DNA of 64,000 nt, from the NCBI GenBank assembly GCA_963665665.1, contig OY762428.1:3360001-3424000 (forward strand). Reading direction: 5' to 3'. Source of the stretch: Candidatus Kapaibacterium sp. Its GTDB lineage: Bacteria; Bacteroidota; Ignavibacteria; Kapaibacteriales; UBA2268. This document shows, in pieces, positions 1 through 9,067 of the stretch. A program made the translations under genes and the position numbers. Below the pieces are notes generated by a model. That model made no database searches, was not told where the DNA came from, and saw only the letters and a list, made by a program, of their open reading frames with translations. Position 1 is the stretch's first letter, and every line of letters begins with the position of its first letter.

Positions 1-232
1 ATTTGCTGATTTATAATATGCCTTTTCTCTGGAGTTCAGAGACTTAATTAAATTTGTTATTGTATCCATTTTATCTGTTACTAAAAAGTTATTATATAAT
101 CAATTGATAAATAGTAATATATAATAAAATTATCATTATATCCACTACTAAAATATAAAAAATAATTCCTTTTAATAAAATCAGAGCTTCAATAGATTAT
201 GGCAGTATAAATAATTTTTAGGAGATTCAGAG

Positions 233-2257
233 ATGAATTTACAGACAAAGAGAACAAATTATATTGCATTATTATTTATAATATTAGGATTTTTTTCATT
301 AAAATCCGGAGAACAGGCTTTTGCGGTACTTGAAATTTATACTTCCGAAGGATGTTCATCTTGTCCGCCGGCAGATGAATTGCTGGAGCAGCTTAAGAAT
401 TACGAAACACTAAAAGATAAAAACTTTGTTGCAGTTGCGTATCATGTTACTTATTGGGATTACCTTGGTTGGCCTGACAGATTCGGGCAAAAGCAATTTG
501 ATGATATGCAGAGTGATTTTTGCAGTTACGCCGGCCTGGATTACAGATATACCCCAATGATAATTGTTAATGGAACTACAACGAGTAATGATGGTAATCA
601 GATATTATCATTACTTACTCAAAGCCTTGCTGAATCAGAACCTCAGACCGGTATTGAATTATCTGTTCCCGGGCCATGCGGCAGAGAGTTTGAAGTTAGT
701 TATACTCTGACAGGCATTCAGCCTGGATATGAACTTAGCTTTGTATTGCACGAAAGCAAACTAAGTTCTTCGGTAACAGCCGGTGAAAATAAGGGGAAAA
801 CGCTGACACATGAAAATGTAGCTATGGTCTGTAAAACGGTTACGGTTGATTCTGAAACAGGAACTGTTATGCTGGAAATCCCCGAAGAATCAAAAATTGA
901 AAACTGTATGGTATCGGCGTTTGTAAGGGAAATTGACGGGTTTGGAATAATTGCTGCTACAAAAGGTATTGAATTACAGCCGACTTTCAATATTGTTTCG
1001 GAAAATGATAAATATGCTGCATTAAGTGAAGGTGAAACTTTTGTTAGCAGCCTTGAAATTCAGAATTTTCTCGATCAGGATGCCGGGTATGTTATTGAAA
1101 TTGAAAAATCGCCCGACACGCCCGTTGACTGGACTATCGGGCTGAGCGGCAGCAATGTTATTGAAGACGGAAATAAATACAGGCTCAATATCAATGCAAA
1201 ATCTATGGCTACTGCTGATCTGAAACTAACAGCCGGAAGCACATTGGGAGTGGGGGAAGTTAAATTCAAAATTTCTGAAAATATTAGCAAACCACTTAGT
1301 TTCAACCGTGAATTTCAAGCCGTTTCAAAAGAGATGCCCGGTTTCGAGATAATTTCAGCAGCTGACGAGGACAAATATTCAATTTTTGAAGAAATTAGTG
1401 AAGCGGCAGAAAAGCAGGCAGCAATGATTAACAATGAGTTTTTCCTTGATGTTTACAGGGATTTGGAAGGAACTGAATTTCTTGTATGGAATACCGGTGC
1501 AACAGGCGCAATATTGAATGATGAAGGTTTGGTGATTAATGAAATGATCAGGTCGGGTGTTAAAACTCTTATTGTTGGCTCTGTTGGACTGGCCTATCTG
1601 GATATTGCAAGTGAAAACCATGACCTGCTGGCTACTCTCGGACTTGACTGGGATCAGAATTCAAATTTAAAAACTATTAACAGCTACAATATCAATGGTA
1701 TTGACGGAGATCCTGTCAGCGATGGCTTCAGCGCTGTAGGGCTGAAGATTAACGGGGGAGAATCATATCTCCAAAGTCTGAATATTATAAATGATTACGT
1801 TTGTAAACCGATTCTGAAGCTGAATGATGCTGACAAGCATAATATCGGATACAGGTATGAATATGAACTATTAAAAGCTGTTGTACTTAACTTTACTCCA
1901 GGTTCAATTCCAATGAGTTCAAAGAGGCAGGATTTGATTGACAGATGCTTCAACTGGCTGAATGGAACCACTGATATTATCGAATTCTGTGAATATAAAG
2001 ATGATCTGAAAGTTTATCCGACAGTAACTGAATCAACTGTAAAAATTAAAATTGATGTTATTGATATAAATTCCAACGAAAATCAAATAAGAATTGTAAA
2101 CACTGTCGGGCAGACAGTAATGCAAATTCAAATAGAAAATGAAATGTCATCTGAAAATGAAATTGAAGTTGACATATCCGGCCTTTCTGCGGGGCTATAT
2201 TACCTGCTTTATCAATCGGGTGAAAGAAAATTTATATCCGGAGTTGTAAAGCAATAG
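233..2257 (+). CDS. DUF1223 thioredoxin-like secreted protein with T9SS type A C-terminal sorting domain
   Basis: Signal peptide; ElYTSEGCSSCPPAD and YHVTYWDYLGWPD motifs typical of DUF1223; C-terminal VYP...VDISGLSAGLYYL; AGGAG RBS upstream. Confidence 0.8.
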   Translation: MNLQTKRTNYIALLFIILGFFSLKSGEQAFAVLEIYTSEGCSSCPPADELLEQLKNYETLKDKNFVAVAYHVTYWDYLGWPDRFGQKQFDDMQSDFCSYAGLDYRYTPMIIVNGTTTSNDGNQILSLLTQSLAESEPQTGIELSVPGPCGREFEVSYTLTGIQPGYELSFVLHESKLSSSVTAGENKGKTLTHENVAMVCKTVTVDSETGTVMLEIPEESKIENCMVSAFVREIDGFGIIAATKGIELQPTFNIVSENDKYAALSEGETFVSSLEIQNFLDQDAGYVIEIEKSPDTPVDWTIGLSGSNVIEDGNKYRLNINAKSMATADLKLTAGSTLGVGEVKFKISENISKPLSFNREFQAVSKEMPGFEIISAADEDKYSIFEEISEAAEKQAAMINNEFFLDVYRDLEGTEFLVWNTGATGAILNDEGLVINEMIRSGVKTLIVGSVGLAYLDIASENHDLLATLGLDWDQNSNLKTINSYNINGIDGDPVSDGFSAVGLKINGGESYLQSLNIINDYVCKPILKLNDADKHNIGYRYEYELLKAVVLNFTPGSIPMSSKRQDLIDRCFNWLNGTTDIIEFCEYKDDLKVYPTVTESTVKIKIDVIDINSNENQIRIVNTVGQTVMQIQIENEMSSENEIEVDISGLSAGLYYLLYQSGERKFISGVVKQ

Positions 2258-2301
2258 GGAAACTCCCATTGCCTTTGAAAATTGCAGAGGTTATGGAGTG
2301 G

Positions 2302-2334
2302 AAAGCCCGGATCTGTTGTCAGGTTCGGGCTTTT
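2302..2334 (+). terminator. Rho-independent terminator
   Basis: aaagcccgga...ttcgggctttt hairpin plus T tract after the 233-2257 stop. Confidence 0.7.
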
Positions 2335-2456
2335 AATTTAATTTGTCTGATTGTAATAGTTTTGAACACCGGATATGTAAACGAAAATAAAAGTTTGAAA
2401 TAATACGCCGTAAATCAATACGTTGTTGGTATTAATGGTTTTTACTACAAAATTAT

Positions 2457-2592
2457 ATCTGAACAATAAAATTTTAACAAGCCTGATATCCCCAAACCCC
2501 TCCGAAGTAGGGGCTTACTGCAAAGCCCTTCCCTTCGGGGAGTGGTAAAATCATGAATTGGAATATTCAATACTGAGGCTTCTAATATTACG
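2457..2592. repeat. Dispersed REP/MITE-like element, copy 1
   Basis: Aligns by eye with 36163-36340 (atctgaacaataaaat...cttact.caaagccct.ccc...tgaattggaatattcaa); contains paired GC hairpins. Confidence 0.65.
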
Positions 2593-2750
2593 AGGATGCT
2601 GGTCAATAAATCAACGATTTATTGAAACATCGAAATATGATAATTGTTATAATTATCAATAAGTTTCACCAATATAAACTTTTAGGAGCTTTGAAGTATT
2701 TATAGGGATATAAAGGTATCAAATAATAATCTCGATAAACAGGGGTAAAT

Positions 2751-2774
2751 AAAAAAACCCGGCCGAAGCCGGGC
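2751..2774 (-). terminator. Rho-independent terminator of the 2801-5101 gene
   Basis: cccggc-cgaa-gccggg hairpin with an A run on + (U tract on -). Confidence 0.7.
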
Positions 2775-2800
2775 TGCTTAGGTACTGTTACTAATGATAA

Positions 2801-5101
2801 TTAGTGATTTATGACTACGGGAGTTATACTGATTCCTAAATTGTTGGAAATTTTCACAAAGTAAACACCGGATGCGAAGTTAGCTACATCAATTGTATGG
2901 CTGTTCTGTCCGCCGATTGTATTCACATTTGTTTTAAATACTTCAGCGCCTTTGGAATTAATCAGTGATACTTTTGAAATACCATCCGAGGCTTTGAAAG
3001 TCATATTAATGTTTTCACTGACTGGATTTGGCCATACAGAAATTTCTGCCGGGTTCGGAACATCGTGAACATCTGTTGCTCCTTCAGGCTGAAGAACAAT
3101 ATTTTCATTCAAAGGTTTGTTGTTCTGCAGATCAATCGACTGAACAAATTTCTTATATCCAACTTTATCTGCTACAAGGCTGTAACCACCCTCTTTGATA
3201 TTTTCAAGATTGTAGTTGCCTGATCCGGTACTCTTGTTGTATTTAGCAACATTGCCGTTTTTATCAAGTAAATATATTGATACGCCTGACAGCGTTTCGC
3301 CGATTGTTCCACCCTGGCCACTTGAGCGGACAATACCGCCAACCGAGCCGAATCCGGGAATATCTTCTATATTCTGAAGCATAATTGTAATATCATCAAC
3401 ATTTTCCCTGCCGATTTCAACTCTTGTGGCTTCATCCCATGTCCATACTGCATAATCATTTTCTTTATAGAAACCGGGTGCATAATCCGATGATGCGGGG
3501 AAGGCAAAGAATACATAAGAACCGGGGAACAGGTATTCATACTTAAACTCACCGTTGGAATTTGTTACTACAGCCTGAGCTTCATACATCTCGTTATCAT
3601 CATTGCCCATATTGTCGACCAGGAATGCTATTACAAATGCATTGGCAAGGCCTTCTTCATCAGAATTAACAACGGTACCTGCAATATCAAACCATTCACC
3701 GTTTCCTGTTGAGTCGTCGTCAGGATCGCGGATTTCTTCAGTGAAAATAAAGTTAATACCTGTTAAATCACCGGTTATTACAAGAGAATCTGCTTCAAGG
3801 GGATCGGATTTCTGATCCCAGAATACTGACTGGTATTTGAATCCGGGATGATGTGCTGCTGCGAAATAAGTAAACAGATCAGGAAGAATAACTGAATAAT
3901 TTCCGTCTTCATCTGTTGTAACTGATTTCATTATTTCGCCATAAGTGGAATTCCTGTCGTAGGGATTGCTTTGAAACTCAACAAATGCATAGGGTACTGG
4001 TGTACCGTCTTCAAGTGTTACACTACCGCTGACGGTATAATTATCATAATCCATATCAGCATCAAGAGTCATTGTAATATTTCTTGTTTCGTCACAGTCA
4101 ACTGAAATAATAGTTGCATCTTCAATGGTTTGAGCATTTTCATAGAAAACGGCTCTTCTAAGTATCATGCCGCCCATATCAACAGCAGATTCGATCATAA
4201 GGTAATAATCTCCTTCATCAACCCGGAGAGTAACACTGCCGTTTTCAATTTCACCCCATGCACCCTGCTCGCCACCATAATCTAATGAATCGGCTTTGAA
4301 CATAACAGCATATCCATATTCAATAGGATCGCCGTTACTGTCATTAACAGTAAGGTTTACAGTTGCCGGTGTCTCGCATGTGAATACATAAATATTAAAA
4401 GAAAAATACTGGCTTGTAAGATAATTGTTGTCAGCATCATAAGCTTCAACATTGAAAGAGAACCATAACATACCGGATTCTCTCGGAGTCCAGTTGATTT
4501 CTCCTGTTGTCTGATCAATAACCATGTCTTCAGGTGCTTCTTCAAGTTCAAAAGAGTACCTTACATCATCGAGTTCCGGAACAATTTCAATATCCGGAGT
4601 AAAAGTATAATTACTGTTAATTGTAGCATTGTCAACTGGATAATTATTGATTATCAGATAATAAAAATCATTATTCCAATTTCTTACTTCAAACATCATA
4701 ACAGGTGAACGGTCACTTTCACCGTCATTATTATAGGCTGTCATGTAGCAGTAGTAAATACCTTCATTAAGGGTCATCGGTAGGAATGTCATTCCTGCCA
4801 TTCCTCTTCCTCCCCATACAGAATCCCTTTTGAAATCTGTAATATCAGCATTTAGTTCAAAATTTTCATTGTTATCGGATAAATAGAATCTGAACCCTAC
4901 AGCCTCAGGGTCATCATCGTGGAACCATTGAAGAAATACGCCGGGAGCTTCGTTCCCTTCATCATCTAAATTCATTTCATAAAATGCCCAGTATTCTTCA
5001 ACAGGATCCGGAGTATCAGCAGTTAGTTTCCCTGCCGACAGGACTAACACTACCAGGAGTGTCAGAAACGCACTTGTTTTAAATTTTAATAAACTTCCCA
5101 T
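2801..5101 (-). CDS. Secreted multi-beta-sandwich protein (Ig-like and carboxypeptidase-regulatory-like domains) with T9SS CTD
   Basis: Signal peptide; APEDMVIDQTTGEINWTP (putative Ig); several xSGxV...G.P...TD.DG.Y repeats; VWPNP...IDVANFASGVYFVKI tail. Confidence 0.75.
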   Translation of the reverse strand: MGSLLKFKTSAFLTLLVVLVLSAGKLTADTPDPVEEYWAFYEMNLDDEGNEAPGVFLQWFHDDDPEAVGFRFYLSDNNENFELNADITDFKRDSVWGGRGMAGMTFLPMTLNEGIYYCYMTAYNNDGESDRSPVMMFEVRNWNNDFYYLIINNYPVDNATINSNYTFTPDIEIVPELDDVRYSFELEEAPEDMVIDQTTGEINWTPRESGMLWFSFNVEAYDADNNYLTSQYFSFNIYVFTCETPATVNLTVNDSNGDPIEYGYAVMFKADSLDYGGEQGAWGEIENGSVTLRVDEGDYYLMIESAVDMGGMILRRAVFYENAQTIEDATIISVDCDETRNITMTLDADMDYDNYTVSGSVTLEDGTPVPYAFVEFQSNPYDRNSTYGEIMKSVTTDEDGNYSVILPDLFTYFAAAHHPGFKYQSVFWDQKSDPLEADSLVITGDLTGINFIFTEEIRDPDDDSTGNGEWFDIAGTVVNSDEEGLANAFVIAFLVDNMGNDDNEMYEAQAVVTNSNGEFKYEYLFPGSYVFFAFPASSDYAPGFYKENDYAVWTWDEATRVEIGRENVDDITIMLQNIEDIPGFGSVGGIVRSSGQGGTIGETLSGVSIYLLDKNGNVAKYNKSTGSGNYNLENIKEGGYSLVADKVGYKKFVQSIDLQNNKPLNENIVLQPEGATDVHDVPNPAEISVWPNPVSENINMTFKASDGISKVSLINSKGAEVFKTNVNTIGGQNSHTIDVANFASGVYFVKISNNLGISITPVVINH

Positions 5102-5479
5102 TATTAACCTCTCAAAAAAATAAAAAAAACAAAATAATTTGAATATTCGGTTCGTAGTTTTTCAATTCTACTTTAACTACACAGAGCAAAAAAATTTGTG
5201 ACAGGAAAAAATTAAAAAATTTCCCTGCTTCTTTATTCCTGAGGCTTTAATTTCATCAGCGAGGCAATAAGAGAATTGTCAGGAGTATAATTCGTATCAA
5301 TGTCGGAGAGTGAAAAATCAGCTGCTTAGTGTGTATTTTCTTCCCAATTTTTTTTGGGGTTATTATCCATGATAAATTTAAATTCCGGAGATTAAACCCC
5401 TGAATTTAAAATTGTTTTTTTTAAAGAGATTAATAAACTCATCCGAATATTTATAATTTTCGGATGAGTTGAGAGATAT

Positions 5480-6193
5480 TCAATCCTTAACACACCTAAC
5501 AGAAAAACCACAATTAACAGGCCTTGGGCTCCTTGCAATTGAGCGGGCTGAATAAAGCAGTTCCCTGCACAGGCTGCCGTGGCTGATGTTTGAACTTGTC
5601 CACCAGTAACCTTTCAAATTTCGTTGATTAAATTCTCCACCGGGGTCTCTTTTGCCTCCCGGCTGTGCCGAGAACCCGACAGAATCAGTAGCCATTTTGT
5701 TCGGACTTTTCCAAAAACCTGTAAATTCTTCATAAATTCCTGTAGCTTTTAAGGACCCGCCAACACATTGCTGCCTGCCCCTGAAATTATAACTGTTAAG
5801 GTCGGCCGAAACCATTCCAAGGTATTGTTCCAATATATGCCACTCCTCATCCGTTGGAACATGCCATCCGGCGGGGGCTAATCCGCGCGGATCGTTTACT
5901 GCATACCAATTATATAATTTGCCATGAATCCTGTTGTTTTCAATATCATTTGCATAATAGCACCAGGCTCCGGTTTCAGTTTCCGACCATTCTTTCCAGT
6001 CTGTAATCTGTGGGATTGTATCGCCGTTACTGTATGTAACAACATCAATATCCTTCGCCATCCAAACCTGTTCCCCTATCTTTATTTCCCTAAAAGGATT
6101 ATCATCAGTAGATTTTACGGAATCTTCGGAACAGGACAGTAAAGAGAAGATAATTAATAATCTTAATAGAATAAAATAATTAAAGTTTTTCAT
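5480..6193 (-). CDS. Fibrobacter succinogenes major paralogous domain (FISUMP) lipoprotein
   Basis: LLSC lipobox; IGEQVWMAK, GKLYNWYAV, LAPAGWHVPTDEEW, GFSVRCVKD. Confidence 0.9.
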   Translation of the reverse strand: MKNFNYFILLRLLIIFSLLSCSEDSVKSTDDNPFREIKIGEQVWMAKDIDVVTYSNGDTIPQITDWKEWSETETGAWCYYANDIENNRIHGKLYNWYAVNDPRGLAPAGWHVPTDEEWHILEQYLGMVSADLNSYNFRGRQQCVGGSLKATGIYEEFTGFWKSPNKMATDSVGFSAQPGGKRDPGGEFNQRNLKGYWWTSSNISHGSLCRELLYSARSIARSPRPVNCGFSVRCVKD

Positions 6194-6244
6194 TATGATT
6201 TCAAACCTTATAAATCTAACCCAGAAAAAAAATTGAAAACTATG

Positions 6245-6272
6245 AAAAAAGCCCCGGCAATCAGGGCTTTTT
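6245..6272. terminator. Terminator hairpin, possibly bidirectional
   Basis: aaaaaagccc...gggctttttt. Confidence 0.65.
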
Positions 6273-6291
6273 TCAAATCGGTTCTTAATTA

Positions 6292-7011
6292 TTATTGCTT
6301 ATAAGCATCTACATTCTTTTTTATCCTGCGCAGCATCATAGATTCCAGGAATCCGTTTGAATCCCAGAAGTGAACCTGCTCGGTAACGTATTCTTCAAAG
6401 CCGCTGACGTCACCTTTCAGGCGCATATATACGGAGCCGTCTTCCTGCTCACGAACGATAAACTTATACTGGAAACGGCCGGTACTCCAAACGCCGCCTC
6501 GGATGACAGGAACCTTAACACTATATTTTTTCAGGTTTTCCAGTGTGGTATCGCCAACTGCAAAAACACAGAAATCAGATAGAAGAACACCTTTGTAAAA
6601 ACCTTCGTCGTTCTGTGAATATGTTTCCTGCATTGTCATGCAATTTCTTTCTTCAAGTGATTTTTTAATTGCATTCCACACGTCCTCGAACATAACATCG
6701 GTGTAAGTATCTTCATACTTGTCTTTGTAATATTTCATTCTTTCGTCTTCCGATGGCGGAACATCTTCAAGTGCATCGAAAGACGATTCTTCATCATTCA
6801 TATCTTCGCCCTGCATAACTTCTTCCTGCATGGATTCCTCCATCATTTCTTCCTTGGCAGGTTCCTGTTCTTCCACCATCTCTTCCTCTTCCATCATTTC
6901 TTCCTCTTCCATCATCTCCTCTTCCTGGAGATAGTCAGTATTGCCGGAGTACATATCAATACCCCAGAATATCAGCGCTGCGCTTAATAATATCAGTGTT
7001 AGTTTCTTCAT
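6292..7011 (-). CDS. Hypothetical exported protein with acidic EEEMM repeats
   Basis: N-terminal hydrophobic segment, low-complexity E/M tract, globular C-terminus; GGAG RBS. Confidence 0.6.
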   Translation of the reverse strand: MKKLTLILLSAALIFWGIDMYSGNTDYLQEEEMMEEEEMMEEEEMVEEQEPAKEEMMEESMQEEVMQGEDMNDEESSFDALEDVPPSEDERMKYYKDKYEDTYTDVMFEDVWNAIKKSLEERNCMTMQETYSQNDEGFYKGVLLSDFCVFAVGDTTLENLKKYSVKVPVIRGGVWSTGRFQYKFIVREQEDGSVYMRLKGDVSGFEEYVTEQVHFWDSNGFLESMMLRRIKKNVDAYKQ

Positions 7012-7236
7012 TTCAACTCCGAATAGTAAAATTCACAAATTTGCATAACATAAACCAATAAGAAATTTAATGCTAATCAGCTTAATATGCAAATTGTTTT
7101 TCAGAGCTGAGACTAAAAATGTTGCTCTCTGCTAAATAAATAATTCACAAATGAAGAAATTTGATATTATTATGGCTGTAATCATTATAATTCATTAAAT
7201 TTGACTTTAGTTGGAATAAAAAAAATCGGATGCAAT

Positions 7237-7638
7237 ATGTTTGAATATAAATATAAGGTCGGGTTGGAAGATACTGATGCTGCCGGCGTACTTTTTTTCG
7301 CAAAACAATTTAGTATTATCCATCGGGCCTATGAAGAATTATTGGAATCATGCGGTTTCCCTGTAGAAAAGATTCTTAGAGAAGGAAATTTTGCACTGCC
7401 GATCGTTCATGCGGAATCGGATTATTTAACGCCTGTGAGAATAGGTGATTTCGTATCGATTAATATTGTCCTGAAATCAATTTCCCAAAGTTCATTTATA
7501 TTAAAATACGAAATGAAAATCTCTGATAAATTGGCAGGAACTGCCACTACGGTTCATACATCTGTCAATCCGGCCAACGGAAAGAAAATTGAATTGGAAG
7601 CGGATTTGAAAATTAAACTCCGGGAAATAGCCGGTTAA
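7237..7638 (+). CDS. Hotdog-fold acyl-CoA thioesterase (4HBT/DHNA-CoA hydrolase-like)
   Basis: EDTDAAGVLFFA and LPIVHAESDYLTP motifs; ATG at 7237 preferred over TTG at 7201. Confidence 0.8.
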   Translation: MFEYKYKVGLEDTDAAGVLFFAKQFSIIHRAYEELLESCGFPVEKILREGNFALPIVHAESDYLTPVRIGDFVSINIVLKSISQSSFILKYEMKISDKLAGTATTVHTSVNPANGKKIELEADLKIKLREIAG

Positions 7639-7648
7639 CTTATTTTAT

Positions 7649-8782
7649 TTACCCGAGCAATTCCCTGTATAGCAAATGCCCGAATTTTCCGAAGTTTTCG
7701 AAATATCCTGAGAACCACTGGTTCAGAGAAATACCGGCCTCGCGTGATTTTATTAGATCCTCCCGGCTGTCAATTCCACCGGTACGAATCACGTGGAATT
7801 CCTCTATGGGGTTTAACTCTGTTGCTTTTTTCACTGCCAGCGATGCAAGTTCCAGAGAGCATGATTTTAACATCCTGCCGCTAAGCCCGCCGCCGAAAGT
7901 ATCTGTGAAATAGTCAAAAGCGCCTTTTTCATCAGGATTTATATCGGGAGAATATTTATTATAGCACGTAGATGTATTGCCAAAATTCACTCCGTCGAAT
8001 CCCATGTCAATTAGATAATTAACCAATGGGCCAACCTGTTCCTGGTCTGTATCATTAGAAAATTTAACAATTACCGGAACGTGGTGTTTCCTGGATTTCA
8101 GGAAATTATCCCGGATATAATCCAATCGGCGGATCAATGCTTTATCAATATTGTTTTCATCATGAGCGCCATGCTCATGCGTTACGTTTGGGCAGCTCTC
8201 ATTCAATTCAATAAAATCAATACCGGCTTTTTCATAAAGTTTCATTCCTGCAGCAAGGCTAATCAGAGCCTGTTCGCCGCTCTGCCCGGGATCTGAACTT
8301 ACACTGATACCGAAGGGGCAGTTTTTAACCCTTGGTACTTTACTGATCCTGGCAGCTACTGTTTCATGTCCTTCGTTAGGGAGCCCCATCCAGTTGGAAG
8401 CTCCGCCTGATTCAGGATAAGGCATATAAGGGTGTTTTATTCCTTTTTTAGAATTGCCGGTTCTCTTCAGGGCAGTGGTAGTTCCGGCCAGGAAAGCACC
8501 GGCGCCCTGGTTTGCACTTAGCTCATAACCCCTGCCGTATTTGAACATACCTGCTGCATTGAACAGATCGGATGCAAAATGCCGGCCCCACAATGTTACG
8601 GTATTTTCTTCCGGTAATATAAGCCTCTCTGTTGGGACATCCTTAGTTAGAGCATCTAAAAATATTTTTCTTGCCCTTGAGTATATTGCCGAAACCGTGT
8701 ACGGAGGCAACTTCATCATTAAGGGCCGCATTTTACCTTCGAGTCTTGCGGTAATTTCAGGTAGAGTCAAACTACGATCCAT
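7649..8782 (-). CDS. pyrD: Dihydroorotate dehydrogenase-like FMN enzyme
   Basis: NAAGMFK, GTTT, NWMGLPNEG, LNESCPN, IVKFS, GNT, GGLSG, RTGGI motifs. Confidence 0.7.
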   Translation of the reverse strand: MDRSLTLPEITARLEGKMRPLMMKLPPYTVSAIYSRARKIFLDALTKDVPTERLILPEENTVTLWGRHFASDLFNAAGMFKYGRGYELSANQGAGAFLAGTTTALKRTGNSKKGIKHPYMPYPESGGASNWMGLPNEGHETVAARISKVPRVKNCPFGISVSSDPGQSGEQALISLAAGMKLYEKAGIDFIELNESCPNVTHEHGAHDENNIDKALIRRLDYIRDNFLKSRKHHVPVIVKFSNDTDQEQVGPLVNYLIDMGFDGVNFGNTSTCYNKYSPDINPDEKGAFDYFTDTFGGGLSGRMLKSCSLELASLAVKKATELNPIEEFHVIRTGGIDSREDLIKSREAGISLNQWFSGYFENFGKFGHLLYRELLG

Positions 8783-9067
8783 AATTAATTTATAACATCT
8801 TAACAGATTAGCCGGAAAATGATCAATATTAATTAACCACTTCCGGAAAAATTATATCAATTATCATTTCGATATAATTTTATAATTTAAAATTAACTAA
8901 TTTTTGTAAATTTCTTATTATACTTACTTAATTTAGCAGGTATTAAATTGCATAACTAAATTGAAAGTTGATCTTGGTACAATCATATTCACTATTTTAA
9001 GTCTTAATATTCGTAATTTTGATTAAATTAACAAAATATATATGTTACACTAAAATTCGGAAATCGA

